Assembly: GCF_964204865.1 (NCBI RefSeq)
Contig: NC_135259.1
Span: 8,928,001 to 8,992,000 of the forward strand
Origin: Styela clava
Lineage: Eukaryota
Length of the DNA: 64,000 bases
Reading direction: 5' to 3'
The notes beneath the pieces were generated by a model that saw nothing but the letters and a program-made list of their open reading frames with translations, did not search any database and had not been told where the DNA came from. Positions within the stretch are counted from its first letter, which is position 1. Each line of letters opens with the position of its first letter. Shown piece after piece: positions 25,127 through 37,313 of the stretch. A program made the translations under genes and the position numbers.

Positions 25127-28100
25127 TTATCTCATGTATCTCAAATGTTTAATGCTCAAAAGTCTCAAATGGTTTGAAACAAATTCAGTTGGTTGGAGAG
25201 ACGAAATTTTGGTTGGAATATAGCAATTGGTTTGAATTGTTGAGAGGCTCTTTCCGATTGTGAACTTCATTATACGATGATGATGATGATCTAAAACAAT
25301 TTAACAAATCATTTTTAATTTTTTAAATTCTAAGTGACCTGAATATTGTCTTCGAATCGCTACTAATAATATATATGTATCGCAATCGAATATTTGCAGT
25401 TGCCGTTCATGCTACAATTCTCATCTTGATTTTCTTCAATTATACTGTTTAAAAATCCCAACCATATAGTGCATCTGTGGTCATTTTGCGCTTTCCAGTG
25501 ATCCTTATTTCAATAGCTTAATAAGTTGATTGTTCTATTTTTGACTAAATGTTTATTTTGTTACTATTTTTTCATTTGTAACCCTTGTGAAGTTGATGTA
25601 TGCAAAACAAAATTGTTTGATCGTCTTAAAGATTTGGTTCATAAAAAATTAGGTTTAAATTTAAAATTGTTATGTAGAGTATTATATAGAATATATCGCT
25701 TATCCAAAAAAAATTTCTTCTCAAACTTACACAAGAAATGTTGGTTCAATATCAGGACAGATTCCTCCATCGACAGAAAAATAACCTGGAGGAAGGTTTG
25801 AATCTCCGTGAGGAATTGCACATAATTCAGCGCCTTGTCCAGTTATATTAAAACTAGTATCACTAAGGCTAATCCAGCTTGACGCAGTTTTGTCTGGACT
25901 TGCGGTTTCGCTTGATGTTGCAGATGTATCATGAGCAGACATATCGCCTTCCTAAATGTTAATAAATAAATTTTGAATATTGGTAAATCCTGACTTTCAT
26001 ACAAACAATGCAGTGCGTACCAGCACGACATGACCTTAGCGTGGTAGAAGCTTGGTGAAAAGATCTGCGGATGCGAACAAACATGACGGAATAATATTCT
26101 TATTCAGAATAAAACAGTGAGATTTTGAAATAGTAATGACTTTGAAAATTTAAAATACGTTCGATATAAGACTGAAAAAGTGATATCCCACTAGCGATCA
26201 CAATAATCTTCAAGACCGGTCAATTAGTTGGATTTTACAAAACGATCCATGGGTCACTCCTTGTCCAACAATAGACAACAGTTACAATTACAAACAATTC
26301 AACCAGCAATGTATGTTTGTTTTAACTCAGTTGAGATTGAAATATCTGTTTGATTTTATTTATCTGTTGGTTTTATATGTATATATTTGAAATCAGAAAT
26401 GAGGTAATAATAAATCGTTTTATTCTCCCAATGATAATTGTTGACATGAGGTCTGAATGAAAAAAACAACAACTTTACTTCACGATTTCTCGCTCTCAAT
26501 GTTCTCTGTGGGGTGCTGCAAAGTACTTTAATAAGTCTTTCAGTTTGTCGCTCTTCTCGTAGTTGTTTAACAACTTTGTTTCCTAGGACATGTCTCTGAT
26601 GACAGAAATAAATTATATTCAAGTTATTATAAAATGGAATTAAATATAGTATGCCTATATTGTGATGTAATATTTAAATCGAAGTGTAATTGAATAAGTT
26701 TGTTTGATATGTACACGAAGATCCAATAAATAACAGCAGTGCCCGTAGCCTACGAGCCTCACACTGTGTCTGAGCATCGAGTTTGCCAAATCAGAACGGA
26801 GGACCATCGCCCTTGACGGAATGAAATAGATGTTTTCATAAAAAAAAAAAATAAAGCGGCCAATTTGGATGAAATGTCAGATATCATGGGATTCATAGGA
26901 AATTTAGTAACAAATGAAAGTAATAGCCTTCTAGCGACAACAACAGTATATAACCACTGAAAATTGGTCTAGTAGTTGAAGAGAAAGCGATTTTTCGACA
27001 ACGACAACAAGTAATAGAATTTCAACACAACAACAAATTTTTGACAAAACTTAGGTCCACTTCGTGACAGCAGCTTTTCATAATACTGCTTTTTGTTGGC
27101 GAATGATAGTATAATTTTTATGAAATACCAACTTCACTTTTCGACATCTAGTATATATTTTAACATACGATTTAAAGGTTAATCAGAAAGAATTCCCTTT
27201 AACTGAAATAGTAGCGTTGTGGTATCAAATTTACAAGGTTATAGTATAAATTTCAGATTGTAGAAATCCGGTATAGTTATATTTTATGTTTTTTATGTAA
27301 ATCGTTCTCATTGAATTTATCCCATTGCACACAATGAAGCGTAACACATTGAGCCAACGAAACAATGATGAAAAAATTAACTATTTAACTATAGATACCT
27401 GTAATAATTGCCATTTGTTTGAGCATTTCCCTCCTACTTTACAATTGAAAGTGTCGGTTGAAGGTGGAACGGCTGAACTTCCAAAATCGTTGTCTAGTAT
27501 AGATTTTCTACTCCGCATTGCCCTCCAGCGGCAATTTAGTATGTTCTTTCTTGGTGTAATACCGCTCGATTGCTGTCTTTTATTCTCCGATTTTTCTTCT
27601 TTAGTCCTTCCACCTAAATAAATAAACATAACTAGTTAAGTATAAGTAGGTATAAGTATAAGTTCTAGATCACATATTTATTTTACAGCAAAACGATAAC
27701 AGTACATGTCACGTGCCCTTAAATATGAACTTGCTTTGACACATTTAGGTATTAGAAGCTAGTATAATATGAGACCAAAGAATGATGAATTGTTGTTATA
27801 AAAATAATACCTTTTTAAAAATCTATTTATGTAAATTTCTTTGAATAGAATTGTTATTATTTTTAAATATTTATGAGGATATTTATCAGGGTATAAGCTT
27901 ATAGTCTATCTTTAGAGAAAATTGTTAGATTTTCGATATATATTTGATAGCATAGGCTAGGCCAACGACTTAATATCATTTATAAATATTTGATTTGTTA
28001 CGACGCTTGTAAGTAACCTTTTCCGGTATACAAAATGTTCAATTGCTGTCGAGCCCATCGGTTACAATGCTGTCCTGTTCTTACGAAGATTCTTTCACCT

Positions 28101-30249
28101 ATTTCATTGATGATGCCAGGTTGGCAATAAAATGTTCTATGTTTCACAAGTAGTGTTGGTACAATCAAATCATTGTTAGCTAATTAAAAATGTAGTAGAA
28201 TTGATATGTTTTACCTTTCTTGTCTCCGCAGGATTTTTTCTTTGAATTAACATTTTCATATCGACTCTTTTTGTCAGAGTTTAATGAAAGTTCTTTAATG
28301 AGATCATTAAAAGCGTTTACGTCATCTTCGCTCAGTCCATCCTCTGCTTTATAAAATCAGTTTATTCATTTTTAAACTTTATTGAATTCAGTTTCCAATT
28401 TTATATTTTAAAGATATGTAGCTATGTATTTAAAAAATATTTAATAATACCAATATGTTCGTTTTATACTACAAAGCAGTACATATCACATGATTCTGGG
28501 AGAAAACAACTTATAGATTCTGCGAATTAATGTGAAAAGAGTCAAAGGTTTGTATTATTAATCAATAATTAAATAATCAAATTGAACAACGAGAGCGAAG
28601 TGTACAGTTTGGATATACTGCCACTACAACATCCTGTCCGGGGTGACTGCCCCTATGGCCCTCTCCTAGACTTGCCCCTGTCTAAACTAATTGCTTCGGA
28701 AGTTTTATTTCTGAATACACTTACCTTGGGGTAGTTCATCTGTAGACCAAGCCATATTCTCTAGTTCTTCGATAAAAATGTCATCTAACTCCGGAGATTT
28801 AGAACTATTTTTTTCTGGAGGAAGTAGAAGTTTTACCAAACTCTCTGTGAGTTGAACAATATCAGTAATAGGCTTCTCTTTTACTTTTCTTCGCACGTAC
28901 TTTCTTTTCACTCTCGTCAATCCAGGTATTTCTTTGGCGGTGGATACTCTTGCTTTGCCAGGCTTTCTTCCGCGTTTTTTGCCTGTTTTCGTTATTGGTA
29001 TGGCAGAGTTCAAATTATCTAACATAATGTCCGAAGGTTGCTGTCAATAAAATGTTAAAAATTGTGAATTATTGTCGCACAAATGATAAAAAAAAAATCA
29101 GTGTAAGTTTTAATAACCTGATATTCTTTTGTAGTAGTTTTGTCAATGGATCTCTTCGTATTGTATTTTACCCGCGATACTCCTCGACCTGTATGAAAAG
29201 GAAGCATGAAGCTCACAAGCGATTCATAATTATATATATATACTAACAATCAATATAATATATTATAATATAAACTTACTGACGATAACTTAGTGATACA
29301 ATAAAGTGAATTTTTTTTAGTTGATCTTCCCCAGAATCAAATTAAAAATCTGAATATGTTCATAGGTGGTTATTGTGTTATGCTAACGATGTGTTTTTTA
29401 AATATTGCTGAGAACAAATTGGGACAAATAACGTAAGTTCGCTTGATTAAATGTTACTTATATATTCTGCTCCACCTTGTAATTAGAATTTAAAATAAAT
29501 TTCCGTTGACATAATATTTGAAGTCAAACATAAATATAATTTGATATTTCAATGTCTATACTCTTTGTAGGGATCAAATTAGAAGAATGAAAATACAAGT
29601 TGACGTTAAATTAATTTTCTAATCAAAAGAAGTTACGCTTACGTTCAATTTTGCTCTAAAATAAAATGAAAAAAAAATACGGTTAATCAATTACTCTAAT
29701 TTGCACAATTTTTTTTTTAACTTTAATATTTTTATTTGAATAAGATATAAAAACTTGAATTCCCAAAATAAAAAAATATAAACGGAGAATCATTTTTAGA
29801 GGTTCAGTAAATGGTTAATAAAATCCAATTTTGAAGTATTAAGTCTGCGATGTCATTCAATTGTGAACACGTTAAAAAAACATTAATCCGATCCTTATTG
29901 TCGTTGTTATTTACTCACTTTTTGTACGACCGCCTCGACGTTTTACGTTTGTAGTTCGTACTGGAGAAGGATATGCAATATGAGTATAATATCTGTAGGG
30001 TGTCTGATATGAGGAGAAGTAAGCGTTTGCCGGTATTTTATCATCCAATTGTCCTTGATAAAACAACCTGTTTCCACCTTCATTTTCCCCGTATAATCCA
30101 CCATTTATCAGAGCGTATGGATACGGCTGAGGATAAGCCATATCGGGCATGGGTGGCACCGGACAAACAGTTTGTAAGTTTGGTCCAGATAAACTATCGA
30201 AATCCAAAGGAACCTGCGGTTTCACGCGTTGTTCATCGCTGTCTGTCAT
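25127..30249 (-). CDS. Uncharacterised, probably nuclear, largely disordered protein with AT-hook-like basic motifs (~500 aa, 8 exons)
   Basis: Minus-strand exons 30249-29919, 29188-29118, 29040-28725, 28346-28215, 27613-27399, 26595-26479, 25951-25786, 25290-25127, GT-AG and phase-consistent; the last exon is least certain. Pro/Tyr-rich N-terminus, KRRGGR, KKRGRKPGK, KRKYVRRK, acidic patch DDIFIEELENMAW. Confidence 0.65.
26790..27067 (+). repeat. Dispersed repeat family with an (AAC)n-rich core; reverse copies at ~420-600 and ~14945-15175
   Basis: Shared blocks aa(g/a)taatag(c/g)ctt(c/t)ta, attggtc(t/c)ag, an AAC-rich tract and a terminal taggtc(c/t)actt(c/t)gtg. The 14945 copy is more degenerate. 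Confidence 0.6.
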
Positions 30250-32249
30250 CTTTTCTCCCTGATGCAACGAAGGTAATTGTGAAATGAATTTTATGTATTT
30301 GTGCTTTTTTGTTTATAGCAACTAAAAATATGGATTGTTTCGTCATAATCATTCAATTATGATGTAATAATTGATTTATGAAAAGAAAGTTAATAGTGTT
30401 TTTCGAAGTAATCTCTCGTGATATGTAGCGGACCCAATTTAACCACAAAGTTCCCTCCCTCACACCAAGTTACAAAAGCTTACAGTTATCTTGGTGTGTG
30501 CGAGTGATCGTAATTCGCAATAAAATCCTCAGAATTTTTTTTAATTTTGAACAAATTTACGTTGACTTATATGATAAAAATACAGCAATTGAAGTAATTT
30601 TCAATTAATTGTATTCGTTAGATTGGAGTTTTTATTATATGTCTCCTGTTTTAAAGGTTGTACACATACGGCGAATCAACCATGTTGATGTCATTCATTT
30701 TTATTTCCTATCCGTTAGATGATACACGAGAGGCAATTCATGTTTGATGATTAAACAAGATTATATTTTGCCGTCGTTCTTAAACCTTCTTATTTGATAA
30801 CTTTCAAATTGTAACTTGTAGTTACACTTATTTGTTTAAAATGAATTGGGTTGAGTTTACTACTGCATTTATTCACTTTTGAATTTCATGCAATGAATAA
30901 TTGAATTTTAAAGTGAGATTGAGATAACATACATGTAACAAGCGGGGCAAAATAGACTGAAAATGGTTTAAATCCACGATTACATAAGCTATTTTGAGAA
31001 AATTTATAGGCCAAAGTAAAAATGAGTCGTCAATTAATGATATGACGTTAGAATCGATTTAATTTTATAAGATCGGCATTTGTAGTGTATATGGGCTTAA
31101 TACAATATCTGGGTATTAATGTGATTGTGAAATATTTGGCTTCCAAAATTTTCCACACTCTACAGAGGTGGTTTTCGACCCGAATTCCGCAGCACTCTGA
31201 AGGTTCATCCGTTACAGTTCAGGTGTACCGTAAGTTTACATCTTAATATCAAAATTTTTTACGGGTTTATTGTTTAAAAATATTCAAATAACTATTAGGT
31301 TTGCAAATATTATTACACTTTTACATTTTTCGTATCATTTTGTTTGGCCAGTTTTAGGTTTGATTGTATACATATATATTTATAGTTTATACAATATCTT
31401 TACAGCCTTGTAAAAATTTGTAAAATACCGTATTGCAAACTATTGTATTGTGGTTCCCCAAGCCTCTGAAATATTCCATTAAAGTACCACTCTACCAAAA
31501 AGGTTGAAAATCCCCCGTCTATTGATTACATTTACCATCGTTTCTCAAACTTTTCGTCGCAGAACACCTACGCTTTTTACCTCGCCCGGCGGAACACCAA
31601 AAAATAGGAAGGTAAAATGGATAATGAAAGAATTGTGTAACGGATTTACCTTGTGCGTCAACTTGCACAACCAGCTCACCACGATATCTTTTGAGGTTTT
31701 CAGTTCAAGCCAACAATCCATTGAAAAGGATGGACAGTGGGTGTGTTCCGGGGAACACAGTTTAAGAAACGCAGGATTAGAGCATTGTCACAATTAGACT
31801 TTTTCTCAGCAAAAGTAAACACCAACATCGAGTGGTTATTGCTGTAAATTATTTTATAATTGACCGGGTCATAAATGAGCGAAACATTGACATTAATTTT
31901 TTAAAATGAATTCACGAACGAACGAACAAAATTGATTAATGATCTGTATTATATACGTATTCATAGATATAATATTTTCCAGTCCGATATTTTTATTCTG
32001 AATACCCCACGTGATCTAACATTGGTATAAGTTTTAATCTTTATTTATCATAGGCCAACGTGCTTGTCAATGTTAAAGTACATTCCGTATTCGAATATTT
32101 CGTTATATACAATAGCAAATTAGAAATGATGTTATTTTTAAATTTGGAACTAATTAAATTGTATTTTTCTACTTCGTCCGATAACGTTAGATTTCATCAG
32201 AAGCGGTGTATTTGGATTCTTACTTAGATTTTGGAATGTTGTGGCTATC

Positions 32250-32735
32250 GTGAAAGGGCTTTACCCCTTCGGTAACTTCTTAAATTTCGAAATATTTCGT
32301 GGGCGTGATTCTGTAATGTTTGCGAAGACCAATCAAATGGCCTTCACCAATAATATCCGCAAACATATATAATCATATAAAAATTTCATGATATATTTGT
32401 GATCCGTAACTAATAGACCTTACAGATTTTAAAATATTATATTGTACTTTAGCACAGCGAAGAAGAAAATGAACTTTGTGTATCTCACGTGGCGGTAAGA
32501 ATGGTTACATCTTCGCCACCGTGGAAACACTTTATTAACTCACGCTTGAGTTACGCTCTCGTTCTCTCGTTTGTCACGGGGAATAACCTTTACGGAAAAG
32601 CTGTATTTATTTATTCGTCAAATTATCGCTGCTTCAAAATCAATATATCTATTCTACATTGCTAACCAAATAGTGCGATTCGACTGAAAACCCCACTTTA
32701 GATTATGTATTATCCGCTAAACTAAATATATAAAC
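32250..32735 (+). promoter_or_regulatory. Putative promoter of the IL-17-like gene: TATA-like box and near-kB motifs (retained with small variants in all copies)
   Basis: TATATAAA at ~32726 (TATATGAA or similar in other copies), GGGCTTTACCCC at 32256, GGGGAATAACC at 32578, GAAAACCCC at 32686. All are imperfect matches to GGGRNWYYCC. Confidence 0.4.
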
Positions 32736-32861
32736 GACAAGACAGAATGTTCATCAAAGCTGTTAAACGAGATATTGTACGTAGAACGGTATCAGACTAC
32801 AAGTTTATAATATCGAGATTACTACTCATATTTTTGAAGAAAAAAAGTTTATCAAACCGCT

Positions 32862-34706
32862 ATGGCAAGCTTGAAGCTTTACATCAAGGTAATCTAAGGA
32901 AATAATATAAGACCATAAGAAACATGAATTACGTGCATTATAGTAATTGACGGTTTCATACGGGAATGATCGTATTCTAAAGAATTACTTTTTGTAAACT
33001 TACTATATTTGTGACCGATATTCATCCGTAGGCTTAATATGACGACGAAACAATATGCTTATAACAGACTTTAGTAAATGACCAGATGATATATTATGTA
33101 AATTTTCGTATAATATGGTTGTATTGATAGATGATATATTTTTGTGTCCCATCATATTTTTAAGTAATGAGTATATGTAGGTTTAAATATAAAAGTCTAA
33201 CGAGGTTTTTGTTTTTTTAGATTGTTGCATTATGCTCTGTCTGTCTTATCAGCGTATCTTCATTTGACCCTGAGTAAGTGTTTAGTGATGTTCGCCAATT
33301 TTTTGTAATATATTTATCGGCGTTTTGAGATAGATTGGATTATTAAACTAATATCTAGTATTAATGTATTATTTAAATGTCATACATTGTATAATTTAGG
33401 GTAGAATTAATTCTGACTAGTGCGGTGCTAAAGGATTTAAAAAAAAAATTATTTATTTTGTTAAAAAATAACCTTCATACAGAATTTTAGAATGGTGTAT
33501 TTGCTTATTTATTCGTATAAATATTACTCTTTAACAAAATCGTATGACTCATTAACAAAAATTATCTTTTCTTACAGCTCAGACTTTATAAGAACTCACA
33601 ACTGCAAAGTCAATAAAACAGAAACAGTAGATGATGGATTTGCTTCTTATTACTTGCATGGGTGAGTATCGAGTACATATTTTCAACTTTACGAGAGAGT
33701 ATAAAAAATGAGTCTGAATTTCCTACGTGCTTTGAATCATTTATCTGCTTTATTACAAAGCTATAGTGATATTCTTATTTCTGCCGAGTAATACCACTCG
33801 GCCAATTAATATAATTTTAGGTGGACACAGATACCACATGTTGTCGCAAAGAGCAATACATACTTATATTTTGCTTGGAGAATAAAATAGCTAATTTATA
33901 CTTCCCTCCAGTTGTGAAACCTTACACAATTTTACAATTCATCCATTCACGGTATTCGTATTTTCAGGATTGATTGTCTAAACTTGAAGCCAAGTTCTTT
34001 CCCAAGCGCCATATGTTCATCCACAAGATGTCGCGAACCTATAAATGGAACACCTTTGTCTGGCAAAAGATACGAACCAAAAGAAGTATTGTTTAAACTA
34101 CACTTTGACAGTCGTCTAAATGGCAAATTTACAAAATCACTAACAGTTGCATGCAGGTATGTTTTTTTATCATATTTTATTGCAATATTTAAATTACAAT
34201 GGCCCTTTTCAACATAATTAGTATAAATTTGAAATCTCTAAAATACTAAAAATGCTGACTAACATAAGAAATTGCTGTAATATTTAACCTCTCAATAAAA
34301 CAAAAGTTGGGCAGCTATATATTGGTAAACACAAGACTGAAAAGTAAACCATTATTTTTTTCGACAAAGATCGTTCTGAATATGATTTCGTTTATTTTTT
34401 CTATTTTCAGTCAACTAATCAAAGTTAATTTAGATTTCAAAAGGGTATGTTATATTAAAGGTGTATGATAATTCCTCTTCGCCTTGTTAATTAGAAATAG
34501 ATCATACAATACCTTTTATGGCATTATAAATAATGAAATTTTAAACTAGAAAAGTGATCCAACATTTAAGATTTTACTTTAGATGTGTCAAAGTCGAAAA
34601 ATTGACTAAACGGCGAAAAGGAAGACGGGGCCGAAAAGGAGGAAAAGGCAAAGACAAGAAATCTCGTCGAGGAAAAAAAGCGAGAAAAGCTCACACAGAC
34701 TCATAA
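32862..34706 (+). CDS. IL-17-like secreted cystine-knot cytokine with basic tail, copy 1 (158 aa, 5 exons)
   Basis: Exons 32862-32888, 33221-33273, 33578-33661, 33968-34156, 34583-34706 (477 nt). Product MASLKLYIKIVALCSVCLISVSSFDPDSDFIRTHNCKVNKTETVDDGFASYYLHGIDCLNLKPSSFPSAICSSTRCREPINGTPLSGKRYEPKEVLFKLHFDSRLNGKFTKSLTVACRCVKVEKLTKRRKGRRGRKGGKGKDKKSRRGKKARKAHTDS. Signal peptide, A-x-C-x4-C-x-x-P-x-x-G and VACxCV as in IL-17. The gene model is strong; the family call is moderate. Confidence 0.8.
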
Positions 34707-35120
34707 TGCTTCATTGCCGAACTGTTCAGACGTGATTGAAATTGAAAATGTTTTGTTACCTATTATTTATATATTAGTAATCTATTTTTTCATGATTTCG
34801 TTTAAAAGGTAAAAATATTTGAAGCTGACTTTTGTTTTCATTATATTCATACATATTTATGAAATGCAATATTATTTTGGGGAATCCAAGTTTGCTTCAG
34901 TGTTAAATCGTATAAAATATTTTCAAAAGTAATTATATTTATTATATTTTAATGTATTTATTTATCTATTCTATTTATTATTTCCACTGAAAATTGTTAT
35001 TTCTTTTAAATATTTTTATAATGTTAATCGACCAAATTTATAGTTTTCTATTAATTATTATTTCAACTAGTTTTATTGAAGTCATGGTGCAAAAATTTAC
35101 ATATTTATATATATTTGCTA
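34707..35120 (+). promoter_or_regulatory. AU-rich-element-containing 3' region of the IL-17-like gene
   Basis: Multiple ATTTA pentamers, including overlapping TATTTATTTAT (~34956) and TTATTTAT (~34763). The background is AT-rich, so significance is limited. Confidence 0.4.
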
Positions 35121-35609
35121 TTTTGGTGCTTCTAATTATTTTAAATAAATTACTTTCTGCATAACATGAGCATCTATGATATAGGTGTAGATATGAAAAA
35201 GTTGAGTGGATAAGTTTATAACCGTTTTTTGAGGGATTTTGCTTTTGAGTGAAGTGTGAGCGCGAGTGGAACATTTACCCACATCGGTAAGACCGATTAC
35301 ATCATCGTCACCACGATAATACTTATTATCTCATGCTTGAGCTGCGCTTTCTTTATATTGTTCTCTCACCTGTCACGGAGAATAACCTCATGCTTATTAC
35401 AGACTTTAGTGCAGGAGTCGAAAACCTTTTGTCGCTCGCGTGCCAAAATTAAGGGGTGCGAGTCATTGGCGGGCCTCCCATATTTTTAGAAAGTTGAAAA
35501 CCGAACGGATGATACGTTTTATAAAAAAAATCAAGCAGTGATACATCTCTCGGATCGAATATTGATTTATTTCCTCATTGCATCTCAAAAAAGTCCCTTT
35601 GAATATTTT

Positions 35610-35861
35610 CGGCGCCATTGAACCCTTTGGACTTAGCATCAACTTTTCTGCGTTTAGTTGCCATTAATTAAACGAGTTCAATAAACGAGTAATTGTGAAT
35701 TTTAATATAATATAGGGTACACGTGTCTCACAATAAATTCTGTTGCGTAACATTCTGTATGTCAAAACAGCTGTTTTGCTACTATAAGTGAAGTGTCGCG
35801 GGCCGGGTTATATTACTCCGCGGGCCGGATCCGGCGTAGGGCCGTAGGATGCCGACCCCTG
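35610..35861 (-). mobile_element. 5' end of a hAT (Charlie/SPIN/Buster-type) DNA transposon with transposase start, truncated; repeated ending at 41899, 47933, 53992, 59869
   Basis: The minus strand begins CAGGGGTCGGCA (hAT-like TIR) with GGCCCGCG subterminal repeats. An ATG at 35664 then gives MATKRRK(V/F)DA(K/E)(S/C)KGFN, resembling the KRKVDxExRxF N-terminus of SPIN/GTF2IRD2-type transposases. Confidence 0.65.
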
Positions 35862-36024
35862 CTTTATTGAATGTCCATATGATATAAGATGTAAACTTAG
35901 ATGGTAGTAAATATTTTGTATGATATGGTTGTAATGATACGTGATATATTTTCGTGTCCCATCATATTTTAGGTAATAAGTAAATGTGAGTGCTAATATA
36001 AAACTTTAACATTTTTGTTTTTAG

Positions 36025-36077
36025 ACTGTCGCATTATGTTGCATCTGTATTATCAGCGTATCTTCATTTGATCCTGA
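36025..36077 (+). pseudogene. Orphan duplicate of the IL-17-like exon 2 (signal-peptide exon) with flanking intron-1 homology; also at 42063, 48097, 54154, 60015
   Basis: 53-nt exon TVALCCICIISVSSFDP versus IVALCSVCLISVSSFDP, flanked by AG/GT. Upstream 35862-36024 aligns with intron 1 (33069-33220). No matching exon 1 or exon 3. Confidence 0.8.
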
Positions 36078-36945
36078 GTAAGAGTTGAGTAATTTCACAG
36101 TTATCTTGACGTGTTCTAGTTATCGTAATTTGCAATGAATTAACCAGAGGTTCTTTAAATGTGCGTTTCATTGTCGCACTTTATTAGATTACTTTTTTTA
36201 TTTTATATTTTAAACAGATTCACAGTGATTTGTATCATAATATTACAGCATCTGGAGTAATTTTTTATAAATGATATTCGTTTGATTGCTATTTTATTGT
36301 AGTATGTTTTTATGTGACTCCTGTTTTAAACAAAAGGTTGTACGTATACGACGAATCTTACATGCTAATGTCTTTCGTATTTATGTTCTATCCGCTAGGG
36401 AGTACACGAGAGGCAATTTATAATTGTTGATAAAATGACATTACATTTTCCCACCGTTCTCTGGCCCTCTATTTGATAACTTTCAAATTGGAACGTCTAT
36501 GTACACCTAATTGTTTTAAATGAATTTGGTGGGTGTATTTATTCACTTTTGAATTTCATGCAATGTATTTTTGAATTTTAAAGTGAGATTGAGATAAATT
36601 CACGTAACAATCAGTAAAAATAGACAGATAATGTTTCAGATCCACGATAACAAAAGCTACTTTAAAAAATTTTATAGACCAAAGTAAAATGAGCCGTCAA
36701 TTAATGGTATGACGTGAAATAAAATTTTTTTTTTATAAAACCGGCGTTTGTAGTGTATATGTTCATAATATAATATCTCGGTATTAATGTGATAACAAAA
36801 ATTTGTTCGTAGTTTTCCAAATGCATTAGAGTGGCTTTGTGATACTTTGCGTCACATCAATTCAAGATATTTAAATTGTCCAGCGCAATACACATAAATG
36901 AGAGCAAAAAGATGAAATAATTGGCTTCCAACATTTCCAACACTC

Positions 36946-37290
36946 TACTGGGGGGGGGGGTTCGACGGAGTTCCGCAGTTACATTTCAGGATTACCGCAA
37001 GTTTACATCTTGAAGTATAATTTTTCACGGGTATATTGTTTAAACATATTCAAATAACTCTTAGATTTGCAAATATTATTGAACTTGTATCATTTTGTTT
37101 TGACAGTTTCACATTATTAGAGATTGATTGTATAAATGTGTAATATATACTTATAGTTTATACAAATTTATATTTTATATTAGATTATATATAGTGTGTA
37201 AAATAACGTATTGCAAACTATTGTATTGGGGTTCCCCAAACCTCCAGAATATTCCATAGAAGTTCCACTCCACCGGAAAGGTTGAAAATG
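36946..37290. mobile_element. Degenerate hAT-like MITE (A), present in every unit (also ~31162-31521)
   Basis: Imperfect inverted ends gtgg(g)ttttcgac... and ...aaaggttgaaaat around an AT-rich core. The left end is clearest in the 31162 and 42984 copies. No clear TSD. Confidence 0.5.
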
Positions 37291-37313
37291 ACCCGTCTAT
37301 TGATTTCATTCAA

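Noticed and set aside
25127-30249. Minus-strand gene as MCIDAS/GMNC or CDC20B (vertebrate CCNO neighbours)
   Set aside because: No geminin-type coiled coil, TIRT-like end or WD40 repeats are visible.
34583-34706. Basic exon as a stand-alone protamine-like gene
   Set aside because: Its only ATG (34583) is out of frame with the basic peptide and directly follows a good acceptor. It splices in phase to exon 4, completing the CxC motif.
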